Shown here piece by piece: positions 41,876-51,685 of a stretch of 64,000 bases of DNA. The stretch is from an uncultured bacterium (GTDB lineage: Bacteria; Bacillota; Clostridia; Peptostreptococcales; Anaerovoracaceae). The DNA is taken from NCBI GenBank assembly GCA_905214195.1, contig CAJMLH010000005.1:315-64314 (forward strand). Reading direction: 5' to 3'. Numbering within the stretch: position 1 is the first letter of the stretch; each line of letters opens with the position of its first letter. A program made the translations under genes and the position numbers. Below the pieces are notes generated by a model. That model had not been told where the DNA came from. It saw only the letters and a list, made by a program, of their open reading frames with translations, and made no database searches.

Positions 41876-42394
41876 ATGAGTGAAAAAGTATGTAACTGCA
41901 ATTGTGCCGAAAACAGAAAGGAACAGTTTAAAGAACTGCAGCCTGTTTTAGACCAGTATGCAAAGGTGCCGGGTAGCTTGATAACTATCCTGCAAAAAGC
42001 TCAGGATATTTACGGTTATCTTTCCATAGATACCATAAATTACATATCCGATGCTACAGGTATCAAACCTGCTAAAATTTACGGTGTAGCCACTTTCTAT
42101 GCACAGTTCAGATTGCAGCCTATAGGCAAATATCTTGTAATGCTTTGCCAGGGTACTGCATGTCATGTAAACGGTTCTGAAATGATAGAAGAAGCCGTAT
42201 GTGAACACCTGAACATAAAAGACGGAGAAACTACAGAAGACGGACTCTTTACTCTTAACAATGTTGCTTGTCTGGGTTGTTGCTCACTGGCTCCTGTTAT
42301 GATGATCAAGAGCGCTGACGGGGATGAAACTTACGGAAGCCTGACAAAGGACAAGGTTAAGCAGATCCTTGATGAAATAAGAGAAAGAGCATAG
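41876..42394 (+). CDS. NuoE/HydC-like [2Fe-2S] thioredoxin-fold subunit
   Basis: Cys ligands CQGTACHV...CLGCCSLAP, with a GAGAGG RBS. Confidence 0.85.
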   Translation: MSEKVCNCNCAENRKEQFKELQPVLDQYAKVPGSLITILQKAQDIYGYLSIDTINYISDATGIKPAKIYGVATFYAQFRLQPIGKYLVMLCQGTACHVNGSEMIEEAVCEHLNIKDGETTEDGLFTLNNVACLGCCSLAPVMMIKSADGDETYGSLTKDKVKQILDEIRERA

Positions 42395-42406
42395 GAGGTA
42401 AGAAGC

Positions 42407-44155
42407 ATGAGAGTAGTAGTAGGACAAGGCAGCTGCGGTATAGCATCAGGCGCTAAAAAGACCGCTGCCGAATTTGAAAAACAGATTGCGGACAAAAACC
42501 TCGGCATAAATGTTGAGACTACAGGATGTGTAGGAACTTGCTATTTAGAACCTATCGTTGATGTATATGACGACGACGGTAAGATGACAAGATATGTCAA
42601 AGTACAGCCTGCCGATGTAGAAGAAATAGTTGAAAGCCATCTGATAAACAAGACAGTTGCGGAAGACAAGTCCATTTCAAAAGAAGATGAACAGTTCGTA
42701 GCTAAGCAGCAGAGAGTAGTTTTGAGAAACTGCGGAGTTATAAATCCGGAAGATATTAACGACTACATCGCTGTAGACGGATATAAGGCAATTGAAAAGG
42801 TTCTTACATCCATGAAGCCTGAAGATGTAATAGAAGAAATTAAGGTTTCCGGCCTCAGAGGAAGAGGTGGTGCGGGATTCCCGACTTGGTTCAAATGGAA
42901 TGCCGCAAAGCAGAGTCCCGGAACTGAAAAATATCTGGTATGTAATGCCGACGAAGGAGACCCGGGTGCTTTCATGGACCGTTCCGTTCTTGAAGGAGAC
43001 CCTCATTCTCTAATCGAAGGTATGATAATCGGCGGATACGCAATGGGAGCTTCTCAGGGCGTTATATACTGCCGTGCCGAATATCCTCTTGCTATCAAGA
43101 GACTTGAAATAGCTATGGCTCAAGCAAGAGAAAAAGGATATCTGGGAAAAAATATATTCAACAGCGGATTTGATTTTGATATCTATATCAAGGCAGGTGC
43201 AGGAGCATTCGTATGCGGTGAAGAAACTGCTCTTATCGCTTCACTTGAGGGTGAAAGAGGTATGCCGAGACTTAAACCTCCTTTCCCTGCTGCAAAAGGA
43301 TTCTGGCAGAAGCCTACAGATATCAACAATGTTGAAACACTGGCAAATGTACCTTGGATCATATATAACGGCGGTGAAGCTTTCGGTTCAATGGGAACTG
43401 AAAAGAGTAAGGGTACAAAAGTATTCGCTTTAGCAGGTAAGATTAAGAAAGGCGGACTTGTTGAAGTTCCGATGGGTCTTACTCTTAAAGATGTAATCTT
43501 CGGTATCGGCGGCGGTATTAAGAATGACAGAAAATTCAAAGCCGTACAGATGGGAGGACCTTCCGGCGGATGTATTCCGGCAGAACTTATAGATACTCCT
43601 GTAACTTATGAAGATATAAATAAGACAGGCGCCATCGTAGGTTCCGGCGGTATGATAGTTATGGACGAAGACACTTGCATGGTAGACATGGCAAGATACT
43701 TCCTCAACTTTACTCGTGATGAATCATGCGGTAAATGTAACTACTGCCGTATAGGTACCAAGAGAATGCTTGAGATATTAGAAAGAATAACAAGAGGAGA
43801 AGGACAGGACGGCGACATAGAAAAGCTTGAAGAACTGGCTATGAAAATAAAAGACGGTTCTCTCTGCGGTCTGGGACAGACTGCTCCTAACCCTGTTCTG
43901 ACTACTCTGAAATACTTCAGAAACGAATATGAAGACCATATCTACAATCATAAGTGTACTGCCGGTTCATGTAAAGCCCTGGTTACTTACACCATCACAG
44001 ATAAGTGTACAGGATGTACAGCTTGTTCCAGAAAGTGCCCTGTAGGCGCAATTACAGGAACAGTAAAGAATCAGCATGTAATCGACAAAGATAAGTGTAT
44101 CAAGTGCGGTAAGTGTCTTGAAACATGTAGATTTGGCGCAATAGAAAAGAAATAG
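42407..44155 (+). CDS. NuoF/HydB-like NADH-binding FMN/[4Fe-4S] subunit with N-terminal [2Fe-2S] and C-terminal 2x[4Fe-4S] domains
   Basis: Contains an FMN/NADH-binding region (GRGGAGFPTWFKW), the SLBB and CGKCNYC cluster-N3 region, and a C-terminal ferredoxin pair CTGCTAC...CIKCGKC. Confidence 0.85.
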   Translation: MRVVVGQGSCGIASGAKKTAAEFEKQIADKNLGINVETTGCVGTCYLEPIVDVYDDDGKMTRYVKVQPADVEEIVESHLINKTVAEDKSISKEDEQFVAKQQRVVLRNCGVINPEDINDYIAVDGYKAIEKVLTSMKPEDVIEEIKVSGLRGRGGAGFPTWFKWNAAKQSPGTEKYLVCNADEGDPGAFMDRSVLEGDPHSLIEGMIIGGYAMGASQGVIYCRAEYPLAIKRLEIAMAQAREKGYLGKNIFNSGFDFDIYIKAGAGAFVCGEETALIASLEGERGMPRLKPPFPAAKGFWQKPTDINNVETLANVPWIIYNGGEAFGSMGTEKSKGTKVFALAGKIKKGGLVEVPMGLTLKDVIFGIGGGIKNDRKFKAVQMGGPSGGCIPAELIDTPVTYEDINKTGAIVGSGGMIVMDEDTCMVDMARYFLNFTRDESCGKCNYCRIGTKRMLEILERITRGEGQDGDIEKLEELAMKIKDGSLCGLGQTAPNPVLTTLKYFRNEYEDHIYNHKCTAGSCKALVTYTITDKCTGCTACSRKCPVGAITGTVKNQHVIDKDKCIKCGKCLETCRFGAIEKK

Positions 44156-44171
44156 GGGAGGAGGAAAAAAT

Positions 44172-47100
44172 ATGAACAAGTTCAGACTTAATATAAACGG
44201 CAAAGAAGTAACAGGCGTTGCCGGTCAGACCATTCTGGAAGTTGCAAGAGAAAACGACATTTTTATTCCTACTCTGTGCTATGACGAAAGAACCAAAATT
44301 TACGGTTCCTGCGGACTGTGTATGTGCGAAGTTGAAGGAAATCCTAAACTTTGCAAAGCTTGTGCAACAGAAATCGCACCGGGAATGGTTATCAGAACAA
44401 ATACAGAAAGAGTAATCGAGTCCAGAAAAACCAATCTGGAACTGCTTCTTTCAAATCATACGGGAGATTGCAGACCTCCTTGCGTACTGGCTTGTCCGGG
44501 ACAGACAGACTGTCAGGGATATGTTGGATTGATTGCCAACGGAGAATACGAAAAAGCTTTAGAATTGATAAAGGATAAAATTCCGCTTCCTGCATCACTG
44601 GGAAGAGTTTGTCCTCATCCATGTGAAGAAGCATGCAGAAGAGGTCTTGTAGACGAACCTGTTTCAATTCAGCAGCTCAAGAGATTTGCAGCAGATGTGG
44701 ACCTTGAGGGAGATGTATTTGTTCCTGAATGTGAAGAAGCAACAGGCAAGAGCGTTGCTGTCATCGGCGGCGGTCCTATGGGATTATCAGCTGCTTACTT
44801 CTTAAGACAGATGGGACATGATGTTACTATATTTGAATCAATGCCTAATGCAGGAGGTATGCTCAGATACGGAATTCCTGAATACAGACTTCCTAAAGCT
44901 GTTTTAGATGAAGAAATTGCAACTATCGAAAGCATGGGTGTTGAAATAATCACCAATACTAAAGTAGGGGCAGACATACCTTTTGAAACTATCAGAAGCG
45001 ATTACGACGCTGTTCTCCTTGGTATCGGAGCTTGGGTATCCACAGGTGTGGGATGCAAGGGTGAAGATGCAGAAGGCGTTATCGGCGGTATTGATTTCCT
45101 CAGAAGAGTAGTAAGAAATGAAGAAATCGGAATGGGCAAAAAAGTTGCCATAGTCGGCGGAGGAAACACCGCTATGGACGCATGCAGAACTGCTGTAAGA
45201 CTGGGTGCAGACAAGGTTTACAACATCTACAGAAGAACTAAGGATGAAATGCCTGCCGACATGGTGGAAATCGAAGAAGCCGAGGAAGAAGGCGTAATCT
45301 TCAAAAACCTTACAAATCCTATAGAAGTAATCAAAGATGAAAACGGTCATGTAAAACAAGTTGTTCTTCAAGTTATGGAGCTTGGCGAACCTGATGCCTC
45401 CGGCAGAAGAAAACCTGTTCCTGTTGAAGGAAAAACTGAAACTCTTGACATAGATACCATGATTCTTGCCATAGGTCAGGCAGTAGACGCTACAATGTTT
45501 GACTGCGATAAGACAAGAAAGAATGCTATAGCATATGACCCTGACACATTTATGACCAGCATTCCGGGTGTATTTGCAGGCGGAGACTGCGGTAATGATA
45601 AAATTTCAATTGCTATCGAAGCTATCTCTGATGCAAGAAAAGCAGCTGACAGCATAGACGCATACCTTTACGGAGAAATTCTCAAATACGAAAAGCCTTA
45701 TGTAGTAGAAAGAGATGATATTACAGAAAAGACTTTTGAAGACAGAGAAAGAATGTGCAGACCTGAAATCCCGCAGCTTTCTCCTGAAGAAAGAAAAGAT
45801 AATTTCAGCGAAGTTATTCCTTGCGGATTCACAGAAGAACAGGCTGTTGCAGAAGCCTCAAGATGTCTTGAATGCGGATGCCACGACTACTTTGAATGTA
45901 AACTGATTGATTTTGCAAACCAGTATGATGTTCATCCTGAAAGATTCGCAGGCGAAAAGAATGCTATAGAATTTGAAGATAATCATCCGTTCATCGTTCG
46001 TGACCCTAACAAGTGTATACTCTGCGGACTTTGCGTAAGAGTCTGCGACGAAGTTATGGGAGTAGGTGCTTTAGGTCTTGTACACAGAGGTTTCGATACT
46101 GTAGTTAAGCCTAATATGGAAAAACCTCTTATCGAATCGGGATGTATATCCTGCGGTCAGTGCGTAAGCGTATGTCCTACAGGAGCTCTTCAGGAAAGAA
46201 CTACAATGATAAAGGAAACTCCTGTGGAAACAGAAGTAACCGATACAACATGCTCTTACTGTTCAGTAGGATGCAGCCTCAAGCTGGAATCATGCGGAGA
46301 TATGCTTATCAAGGCTAACCCTGACAAAGAAGGTGCAGTAAATAAAGGTCTCATTTGCGGTAAGGGTAAGTGGGGATTTGACTGCTCAATGTTAGAAGAT
46401 AAACTTGAAGATCCGCTTGTTAAGGAAGACGGAAACTTCAGAGAAGCTGATTATCATGAGGTACTCGTTCTGATTGCCAAGAGATGTCAGTCCATCGCTG
46501 CCAAATACGGAAAAGACTCCGTTGCTGTAGCGGTTTCCGACAGATACACAAACGAAGAAGCTTACGCTGTTAAGATGATGGCGGAAGCTATGGGAGCAAA
46601 GGTTCTCTGTATGAACAACAGAGAAAGCGGTCTCAAGGCTGTAACAGGTCTTGACGCTTCACCTAACACTATAGATGAACTGCTTTCAACCAACTTAATT
46701 CTTAAAGTAGGCTTTGAAGATGCAAAATCAAGAGTAATAGCGCTCAAGATTAAGCAGGCAGAAGAAGCAGGAGCTAAAGTAGTAACTCTTTGCAACGGTG
46801 AAAACAGCCTCGGTTTCCTCAAAGAAATCGCAAAAGCTATTATAGACAGCGGAAAGGCTAAGAAAGTTTCAGGATACGACGAATTTGCAGCATCTCTTGA
46901 CAATGTTAAGGTAAGCGATGAAGCTAAGGCTATCGCAGACCAGTATCTGGCAGCCAAAAAGGCTATGATAGTTTACCAGCAGAACTTCCTGACTGTAGAC
47001 GGCGCTAAATTAGTTGCAGATATCGCAATGCTTTCCGGTCATATCGGAACTCCAAGAGACGGTATACTGCAAGTTAAGGCAAAGAACAATTCACAAGGTC

Positions 47101-47633
47101 TCATCGACATGGGAATCACCGCAGGCAGTGAAGCTCTTGAAGGAGTCAAGGCTCTCGTAGTATTCGGTGAAAACGCAGACATCGACACTGAGTCTCTTGA
47201 ATTCTTAGCAGTATGTGATACTCACATGACTGAACTTGGTGCTAAGGCTAATGTAGTAATTCCGGGAACAGGTTTTGCTTCAGTTAACGGTACTTTCACC
47301 AATACAGAAAGAAGAATGCAGCTTGTACAGGCAGCTATCGACGAAGATATCCTGTTCAGCAACTGGGAAGTTGCAGCTGAAATCGCTCATATATTTGAAG
47401 TTGATTTTGCATGGGACGGAACAGACGACATATCTGACGAAATGTGCGACACTGTAGACGCATATAAATATGCTCAGATAGGTGAAGTTTTGGGCGGAGT
47501 GCTCAAACCTTCAGAAGATGCTGCATTAGTTGCAGTAGCTGATGGTTCTGTAGTAGACGAACTACCTTGCACAGACAGCCTGATGCAGGTTATCTCAATG
47601 AGATTGCCTAAACCGGCTAATCCAACAGCATAA
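44172..47633 (+). CDS. multidomain Fe-S flavoprotein: [2Fe-2S] - GltD-like NAD(P)H/FAD oxidoreductase - 2x[4Fe-4S] - truncated molybdopterin-oxidoreductase-like domain (NuoG/HydA-like without H-cluster)
   Basis: 1153 aa. It has GGGPMGLSAAYFLRQMGHDVTIFE and VAIVGGGNTAMDA dinucleotide folds, CILCGLCVRVC/CISCGQCVSVCP ferredoxin motifs, and a TTCSYCSVGCSL MopB-type Fe4S4 motif. No TSCCP/MPCxxK H-cluster motifs are present. Confidence 0.8.
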   Translation: MNKFRLNINGKEVTGVAGQTILEVARENDIFIPTLCYDERTKIYGSCGLCMCEVEGNPKLCKACATEIAPGMVIRTNTERVIESRKTNLELLLSNHTGDCRPPCVLACPGQTDCQGYVGLIANGEYEKALELIKDKIPLPASLGRVCPHPCEEACRRGLVDEPVSIQQLKRFAADVDLEGDVFVPECEEATGKSVAVIGGGPMGLSAAYFLRQMGHDVTIFESMPNAGGMLRYGIPEYRLPKAVLDEEIATIESMGVEIITNTKVGADIPFETIRSDYDAVLLGIGAWVSTGVGCKGEDAEGVIGGIDFLRRVVRNEEIGMGKKVAIVGGGNTAMDACRTAVRLGADKVYNIYRRTKDEMPADMVEIEEAEEEGVIFKNLTNPIEVIKDENGHVKQVVLQVMELGEPDASGRRKPVPVEGKTETLDIDTMILAIGQAVDATMFDCDKTRKNAIAYDPDTFMTSIPGVFAGGDCGNDKISIAIEAISDARKAADSIDAYLYGEILKYEKPYVVERDDITEKTFEDRERMCRPEIPQLSPEERKDNFSEVIPCGFTEEQAVAEASRCLECGCHDYFECKLIDFANQYDVHPERFAGEKNAIEFEDNHPFIVRDPNKCILCGLCVRVCDEVMGVGALGLVHRGFDTVVKPNMEKPLIESGCISCGQCVSVCPTGALQERTTMIKETPVETEVTDTTCSYCSVGCSLKLESCGDMLIKANPDKEGAVNKGLICGKGKWGFDCSMLEDKLEDPLVKEDGNFREADYHEVLVLIAKRCQSIAAKYGKDSVAVAVSDRYTNEEAYAVKMMAEAMGAKVLCMNNRESGLKAVTGLDASPNTIDELLSTNLILKVGFEDAKSRVIALKIKQAEEAGAKVVTLCNGENSLGFLKEIAKAIIDSGKAKKVSGYDEFAASLDNVKVSDEAKAIADQYLAAKKAMIVYQQNFLTVDGAKLVADIAMLSGHIGTPRDGILQVKAKNNSQGLIDMGITAGSEALEGVKALVVFGENADIDTESLEFLAVCDTHMTELGAKANVVIPGTGFASVNGTFTNTERRMQLVQAAIDEDILFSNWEVAAEIAHIFEVDFAWDGTDDISDEMCDTVDAYKYAQIGEVLGGVLKPSEDAALVAVADGSVVDELPCTDSLMQVISMRLPKPANPTA

Positions 47634-47650
47634 ATTTTAAAAACACATAT

Positions 47651-47684
47651 AAAGCGCCTCTTATCTACAGGAGGCGCTTTTATC
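47651..47684 (+). terminator. intrinsic terminator (aaagcgcctc / gaggcgcttt, T-tract)
   Basis: 10-bp perfect stem followed by TTTTAT. Confidence 0.8.
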
Positions 47685-47719
47685 TATTTAATTATACAAG
47701 GTGAGAAAGGAAGCGTATT

Positions 47720-48289
47720 ATGAAGCCGAGAAATTTATTGGATATACTTGCTGTAGCCGAAAGACTTAAGGATACTCTGCGCCATTGTTATACATCTAAA
47801 GGAAGACACGAAAGCGTCGCCGAGCATAGCTGGATGATGACTTTAATGGCTTTTTTCATGAGAGACCAATTTCCCGAAGCCGATATGGATAAAGTAATAC
47901 GAATGTGTATTATACACGATTTGGGAGAGTGCTTCACAGGCGACATACCAACCTTTGACAAAAATAAAGAGGACGAAAAAACAGAAGAACAGCTTCTTAA
48001 ACAGTGGGTAGATTCTCTTCCGGAAGAATACAGCCAAGAGTTAAGACAGCTTTACAGCGAAATGGAGCTTAGGGAAAGCAGAGAAGCCAAGATATACAAA
48101 GCCATAGACTCTCTGGAGGCTCTTATACAGCATAACTTTTCGGATATTTCAACATGGATTCCAAAAGAATACAGCCTCAATATGACTTATGCCGATGACA
48201 AGGTGGAATTTTCAGATTATCTCAAGGAGCTTCGCAGCGAAATAAGAGAGGATACAATCTTAAAGATAGAGGAGGAAAAAGAAAGATAA
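47720..48289 (+). CDS. HD-domain phosphohydrolase (YfbR-like 5'-deoxynucleotidase family)
   Basis: HD motif (SVAEHSWMMT...IIHDLGE). Confidence 0.8.
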   Translation: MKPRNLLDILAVAERLKDTLRHCYTSKGRHESVAEHSWMMTLMAFFMRDQFPEADMDKVIRMCIIHDLGECFTGDIPTFDKNKEDEKTEEQLLKQWVDSLPEEYSQELRQLYSEMELRESREAKIYKAIDSLEALIQHNFSDISTWIPKEYSLNMTYADDKVEFSDYLKELRSEIREDTILKIEEEKER

Positions 48290-48306
48290 ATTTTTATCAA
48301 TTTAGC

Positions 48307-48335
48307 TTGACTTAATATAAAATTTTACATATAGT
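48307..48335 (+). promoter_or_regulatory. sigma-A-like promoter candidate (TTGACT - 17 nt - TATAGT)
   Basis: Hexamers read from sequence in the AT-rich gap upstream of the lipoprotein/ABC block. Confidence 0.35.
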
Positions 48336-48510
48336 TATATTAAAGATATTGTTAGAAACACTTAAGAGTGTATGATATGAGGGTAATTATAATAACTTAC
48401 TATACAAAAATTCCGGCAATATGCTTATTACTAATTATTGTCATAGACTTATACAACTTCCTATATTAAAAAACTCATGAAAATAACACCTTGAATTACA
48501 GAAAGAGTTA

Positions 48511-48540
48511 CAAAAGGAGACGGCCAATGACTACCAATAA
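48511..48540 (+). repeat. copy 1 of a 30-nt exact repeat (RBS plus first 5 codons MTTNK)
   Basis: caaaaggagacggccaatgactaccaataa, identical to 49592-49621. Confidence 0.9.
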
Positions 48541-49585
48541 AAAGATGGCAGTACTCATTTTCTTAATGTTTATTTTGCTGGCAACAGTAGGATGTGCCAC
48601 TAAGACAGAGTCGGATAAAATCCATGAAATAAGTCTCCCCAATGAGGATATTGTGGTAATGCAGATGAAATTCGATGAAAATCAAAGGCTTTTGATAGCC
48701 GGCTTTGAAAGAAACGAAGACAACTCAGCAGTCACGGCATCTGTTTGGAGAACGGATAATCATGGGGAATCATGGGAATCTCTCTATGAAAAGGCATTCC
48801 ACTCTGAAAAACCCGGAGAGACTTTAGTAGATACAGAGGTGTATTTTACCGACGACGGTTTGCTGATGAGTGAAGTAACTTTTACCTTGGAAAATATCTC
48901 TGATATGTCCAGAAAGATGTATTATGTAAAAAGCTTTGAAACGGGAGATACTGAGGAGATATTAACCTCAATAAATGTTAATTCTGTAAGCGATATTAAA
49001 TTTATCTCAGAAGAAGCAGTATATGCACTTGACTATAGAAGCAGAGATTTTCTGAAAATAAATATTTTGACAGAAGAGGTAGAAAAGATTGAGCTGCCGC
49101 AAATTAAAAGCATAATATATGATTTTTATAACGACACCTGTGTACATTTTGCATATTATATCGACGAAGAATATTTGAACGAACAAGAACTTCAAGCCGA
49201 AAACATAGATTCCGATGATACGAAAGAAATTTATGAAAATTGTACGGCGGGAATCAGATACGATCTTCAAAAAGAGCAGATAGTTAACTCTCCTGTAATG
49301 AAAGATTTTGGCACATATATGTTCATTAAAAATGCTGAGACAGACTATGAACACAGTATATCTTTGGCTGCGGCATCGGAAGAAGATAAGTACTACTTTT
49401 TATACGATGAGGGTCTTTTTAAATTTGATGAAAACGGAGAAAGCCTGCTCTATAAAGATGATCAATGGAAAAAAAGATATGGTGAGTTGGAAATTCTGTA
49501 CATAGATGATAACGATATATATATACAAGCTTTTGAAAAGAAGGGGAATTCCCGGAACCACCTTTTTAAAATAAGTATAGCATAG
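48527..49585 (+). CDS. lipoprotein of unknown function (paralog A; Asp-box-like motif)
   Basis: Signal peptide with an LLATVGC lipobox and a WRTDNHGESWESLY motif. Paralogous to the 52639-53709 gene. Confidence 0.6.
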   Translation: MTTNKKMAVLIFLMFILLATVGCATKTESDKIHEISLPNEDIVVMQMKFDENQRLLIAGFERNEDNSAVTASVWRTDNHGESWESLYEKAFHSEKPGETLVDTEVYFTDDGLLMSEVTFTLENISDMSRKMYYVKSFETGDTEEILTSINVNSVSDIKFISEEAVYALDYRSRDFLKINILTEEVEKIELPQIKSIIYDFYNDTCVHFAYYIDEEYLNEQELQAENIDSDDTKEIYENCTAGIRYDLQKEQIVNSPVMKDFGTYMFIKNAETDYEHSISLAAASEEDKYYFLYDEGLFKFDENGESLLYKDDQWKKRYGELEILYIDDNDIYIQAFEKKGNSRNHLFKISIA

Positions 49586-49591
49586 AATTAA

Positions 49592-49621
49592 CAAAAGGAG
49601 ACGGCCAATGACTACCAATAA
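49592..49621 (+). repeat. copy 2 of the 30-nt exact repeat at the 5' end of the ABC permease gene
   Basis: Identical to 48511-48540. Confidence 0.9.
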
Positions 49622-50453
49622 GACGGCAAAATATTTTATAGCGGCAAGCCTCATAGGAACCGGTGTTTTTCTACTGCTTCCGTATGCTTATGTCGTCGTA
49701 AACTCCTTTATAAAAACGGGAAGCGGCAGCTTTGCGGGCCTTGATAATTATACAGCGGTTCTTAGCAGTGAGGCTTTTATGACCGCCATGGGCAACACGG
49801 CGCTATTCATGGCAGTCAGCGTACCAGTCATTCTTGTACTGTCACTCCTGATTTCAGTATACATCTATGAGAATCCGCGTCTGGCAGGCTGCCTAAAAAC
49901 AAGTTTTCTGATTCCTATGGCTATCCCTGTCACTTCCATAGTCCTGATGTGGCGGTTTCTGTTCGACGATAACGGCATAATAAACGGTATTCTCAATGGC
50001 TGCGGTATGGATACGGTAAACTGGATGAACACCGAAGCGGCTTTCTGGATATTGGTTCTCAGCTATGTCTGGAAAAACCTTGGGTACAACATAATCCTAT
50101 GGCTGGCTGCTCTTTCGGCCATAGATCCCGGCATAGGCGAGGCAGCCAGAATAGACGGAGCCGGCGGATGGCAGCGGCTGACGAGAGTAACATTACCTGC
50201 CGCTAAAAACGGAGCTTTCGTCATAATCGTGCTGGCGGCGCTTAGCTCTTTCAAGGTGTTCAGAGAAGCATATCTCGTGGCAGGAGAATATCCTCACGAC
50301 AGCATTTACATGGTACAGCACATATTCAACAACTGGTTCAGAAACCTCGAAATAGATAAGCTGGCAGCAGGAGCGGTGATAAATTCGCTTATCTTGATTG
50401 TTCTCGTGTTGCTTTTGCAAAGATTTTGGGAAAGGCAGGGTGATGACAGGTGA
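49608..50453 (+). CDS. ABC transporter permease (MalF/UgpA-type, carbohydrate uptake family)
   Basis: 281 aa, 6 TM segments, with the EAA loop EAARIDGAGGWQRLTRVTLP. Confidence 0.85.
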   Translation: MTTNKTAKYFIAASLIGTGVFLLLPYAYVVVNSFIKTGSGSFAGLDNYTAVLSSEAFMTAMGNTALFMAVSVPVILVLSLLISVYIYENPRLAGCLKTSFLIPMAIPVTSIVLMWRFLFDDNGIINGILNGCGMDTVNWMNTEAAFWILVLSYVWKNLGYNIILWLAALSAIDPGIGEAARIDGAGGWQRLTRVTLPAAKNGAFVIIVLAALSSFKVFREAYLVAGEYPHDSIYMVQHIFNNWFRNLEIDKLAAGAVINSLILIVLVLLLQRFWERQGDDR

Positions 50454-51291
50454 AAAAGAAAATTATATTCACTCTGCTTGCTGTTTTAGGTTTTGCGGTA
50501 TGCTATCCGGCACTGTTTATCTTGATAGGCTCGCTGATGAGCGAGGGGGAGCTTCAGAATAATCTTTCGGCCATAATAAATGACCGTGCCGGCATATATG
50601 CCCGGTGGGCGCTTCTGCCGGAAGACATGACATTGGAGGGCTATAAAGATTTGTTTCTGTATGAGCCGGGATTTTTTGTTCTGTTCTGGAATTCCATCAA
50701 GATATGCACAGGAGTCCTTGCAGGACATGCAATATTCGCAGTACCCTGTGCCTACGGCTTTGCCATGTACGAATTCAGATTCAAAAAACATTATTTACAA
50801 TATACATCATATTCATGATGATGCCGTTTCAGGTGCTGATGCTGCCCGAATATATGGTTCTAAAAAACCTCGGTCTCATAAACACGCTGTGGGCTATCAT
50901 ATTGCCGGGAGCATTTTCGACCTTTCCGGTGTTCATAATGTATAACTTTTTCAAGGGAATTCCCAAATCCGTAATTGAAGCCGCAAGAATGGACGGGGCA
51001 GGAGAATTTACCGTATTCTTGAAAATAGGAGTTCCTGCCGGAGCTTCCGGCATAGCAGCTTCTATGGTCTTGCAGTTTCTGGAGTATTGGAATGCAGTGG
51101 AACAACCCATGGTTTTTCTCGCCAAAGAAGAAACATGGCCGCTGTCTTTGTATCTTCCGTCTGCCGACATGGAAAGCCTGTCCGTATCTCTGGCGGCCGC
51201 ATTCATATCGCTTGTGCCGTCACTTCTGATATTCAGGCTTGGGCAAGACTCGCTGGAAGCAGGGATTTCGGCTACAACTTTCAAGAGATAG
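50450..51291 (+). pseudogene. ABC transporter permease (MalG/UgpE-type) interrupted by a frameshift at an A6 homopolymer (50783-50788)
   Basis: Two overlapping ORFs (50450-50818 and 50704-51291) together make one permease with the EAA loop EAARMDGAGEFTVF. Inserting one A restores ...EFRFKKTLFTIYIIFMMMPFQV... Confidence 0.7.
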
Positions 51292-51301
51292 GAGACGCAT
51301 C

Positions 51302-51685
51302 ATGGAAAAGAAAATACTAACCGTCATAACGATTGTCTTCTTCATCGTGATGCTGGCCTTTACATTTATATCACGCAAGACTGCTGTCGAACTGCTTCCA
51401 CAAGTAGAAGCGGTTTACGCAGAAGACGGCGTTACCTTTCCGGCGACTGCCGTCTACACAGACCAGTGGGGCAACAGCTTCGTATATGCTATTATGGAAG
51501 AAAAAAGCATACTCGGTACGGTAGAGGTCGCCCATAAAATCAATGTAGAAATACGAGAAGAACGGGGAGAGGAAATTACATGCGATGGAGCCGAGAACAT
51601 GTCTCATCTGCCGTATATAAAAGATGTGTCTGTCGGTATAAACGATGGAGACAGGGTAAGGAGGGCAGACGATGGCAGAGCTTAA
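51302..51685 (+). CDS. small membrane-anchored hypothetical protein
   Basis: 127 aa with an N-terminal TM helix, lying between the permease and ATPase genes. No family recognised. Confidence 0.4.
   Translation: MEKKILTVITIVFFIVMLAFTFISRKTAVELLPQVEAVYAEDGVTFPATAVYTDQWGNSFVYAIMEEKSILGTVEVAHKINVEIREERGEEITCDGAENMSHLPYIKDVSVGINDGDRVRRADDGRA

Noticed and set aside
4643-47000. Numerous 60-190-aa - strand ORFs nested antisense in large + strand genes (e.g. 4643-5026, 11519-12019, 12561-12953, 31791-32360, 46562-46957)
   Set aside because: All are embedded antisense in well-supported conserved genes and have low-complexity or Cys/Ser-rich translations typical of antisense frames. None has an RBS or recognisable domain.
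50661-50945. Third-frame 94-aa ORF across the permease frameshift site
   Set aside because: It overlaps both halves of the permease and has no motif. It is an out-of-frame artefact.
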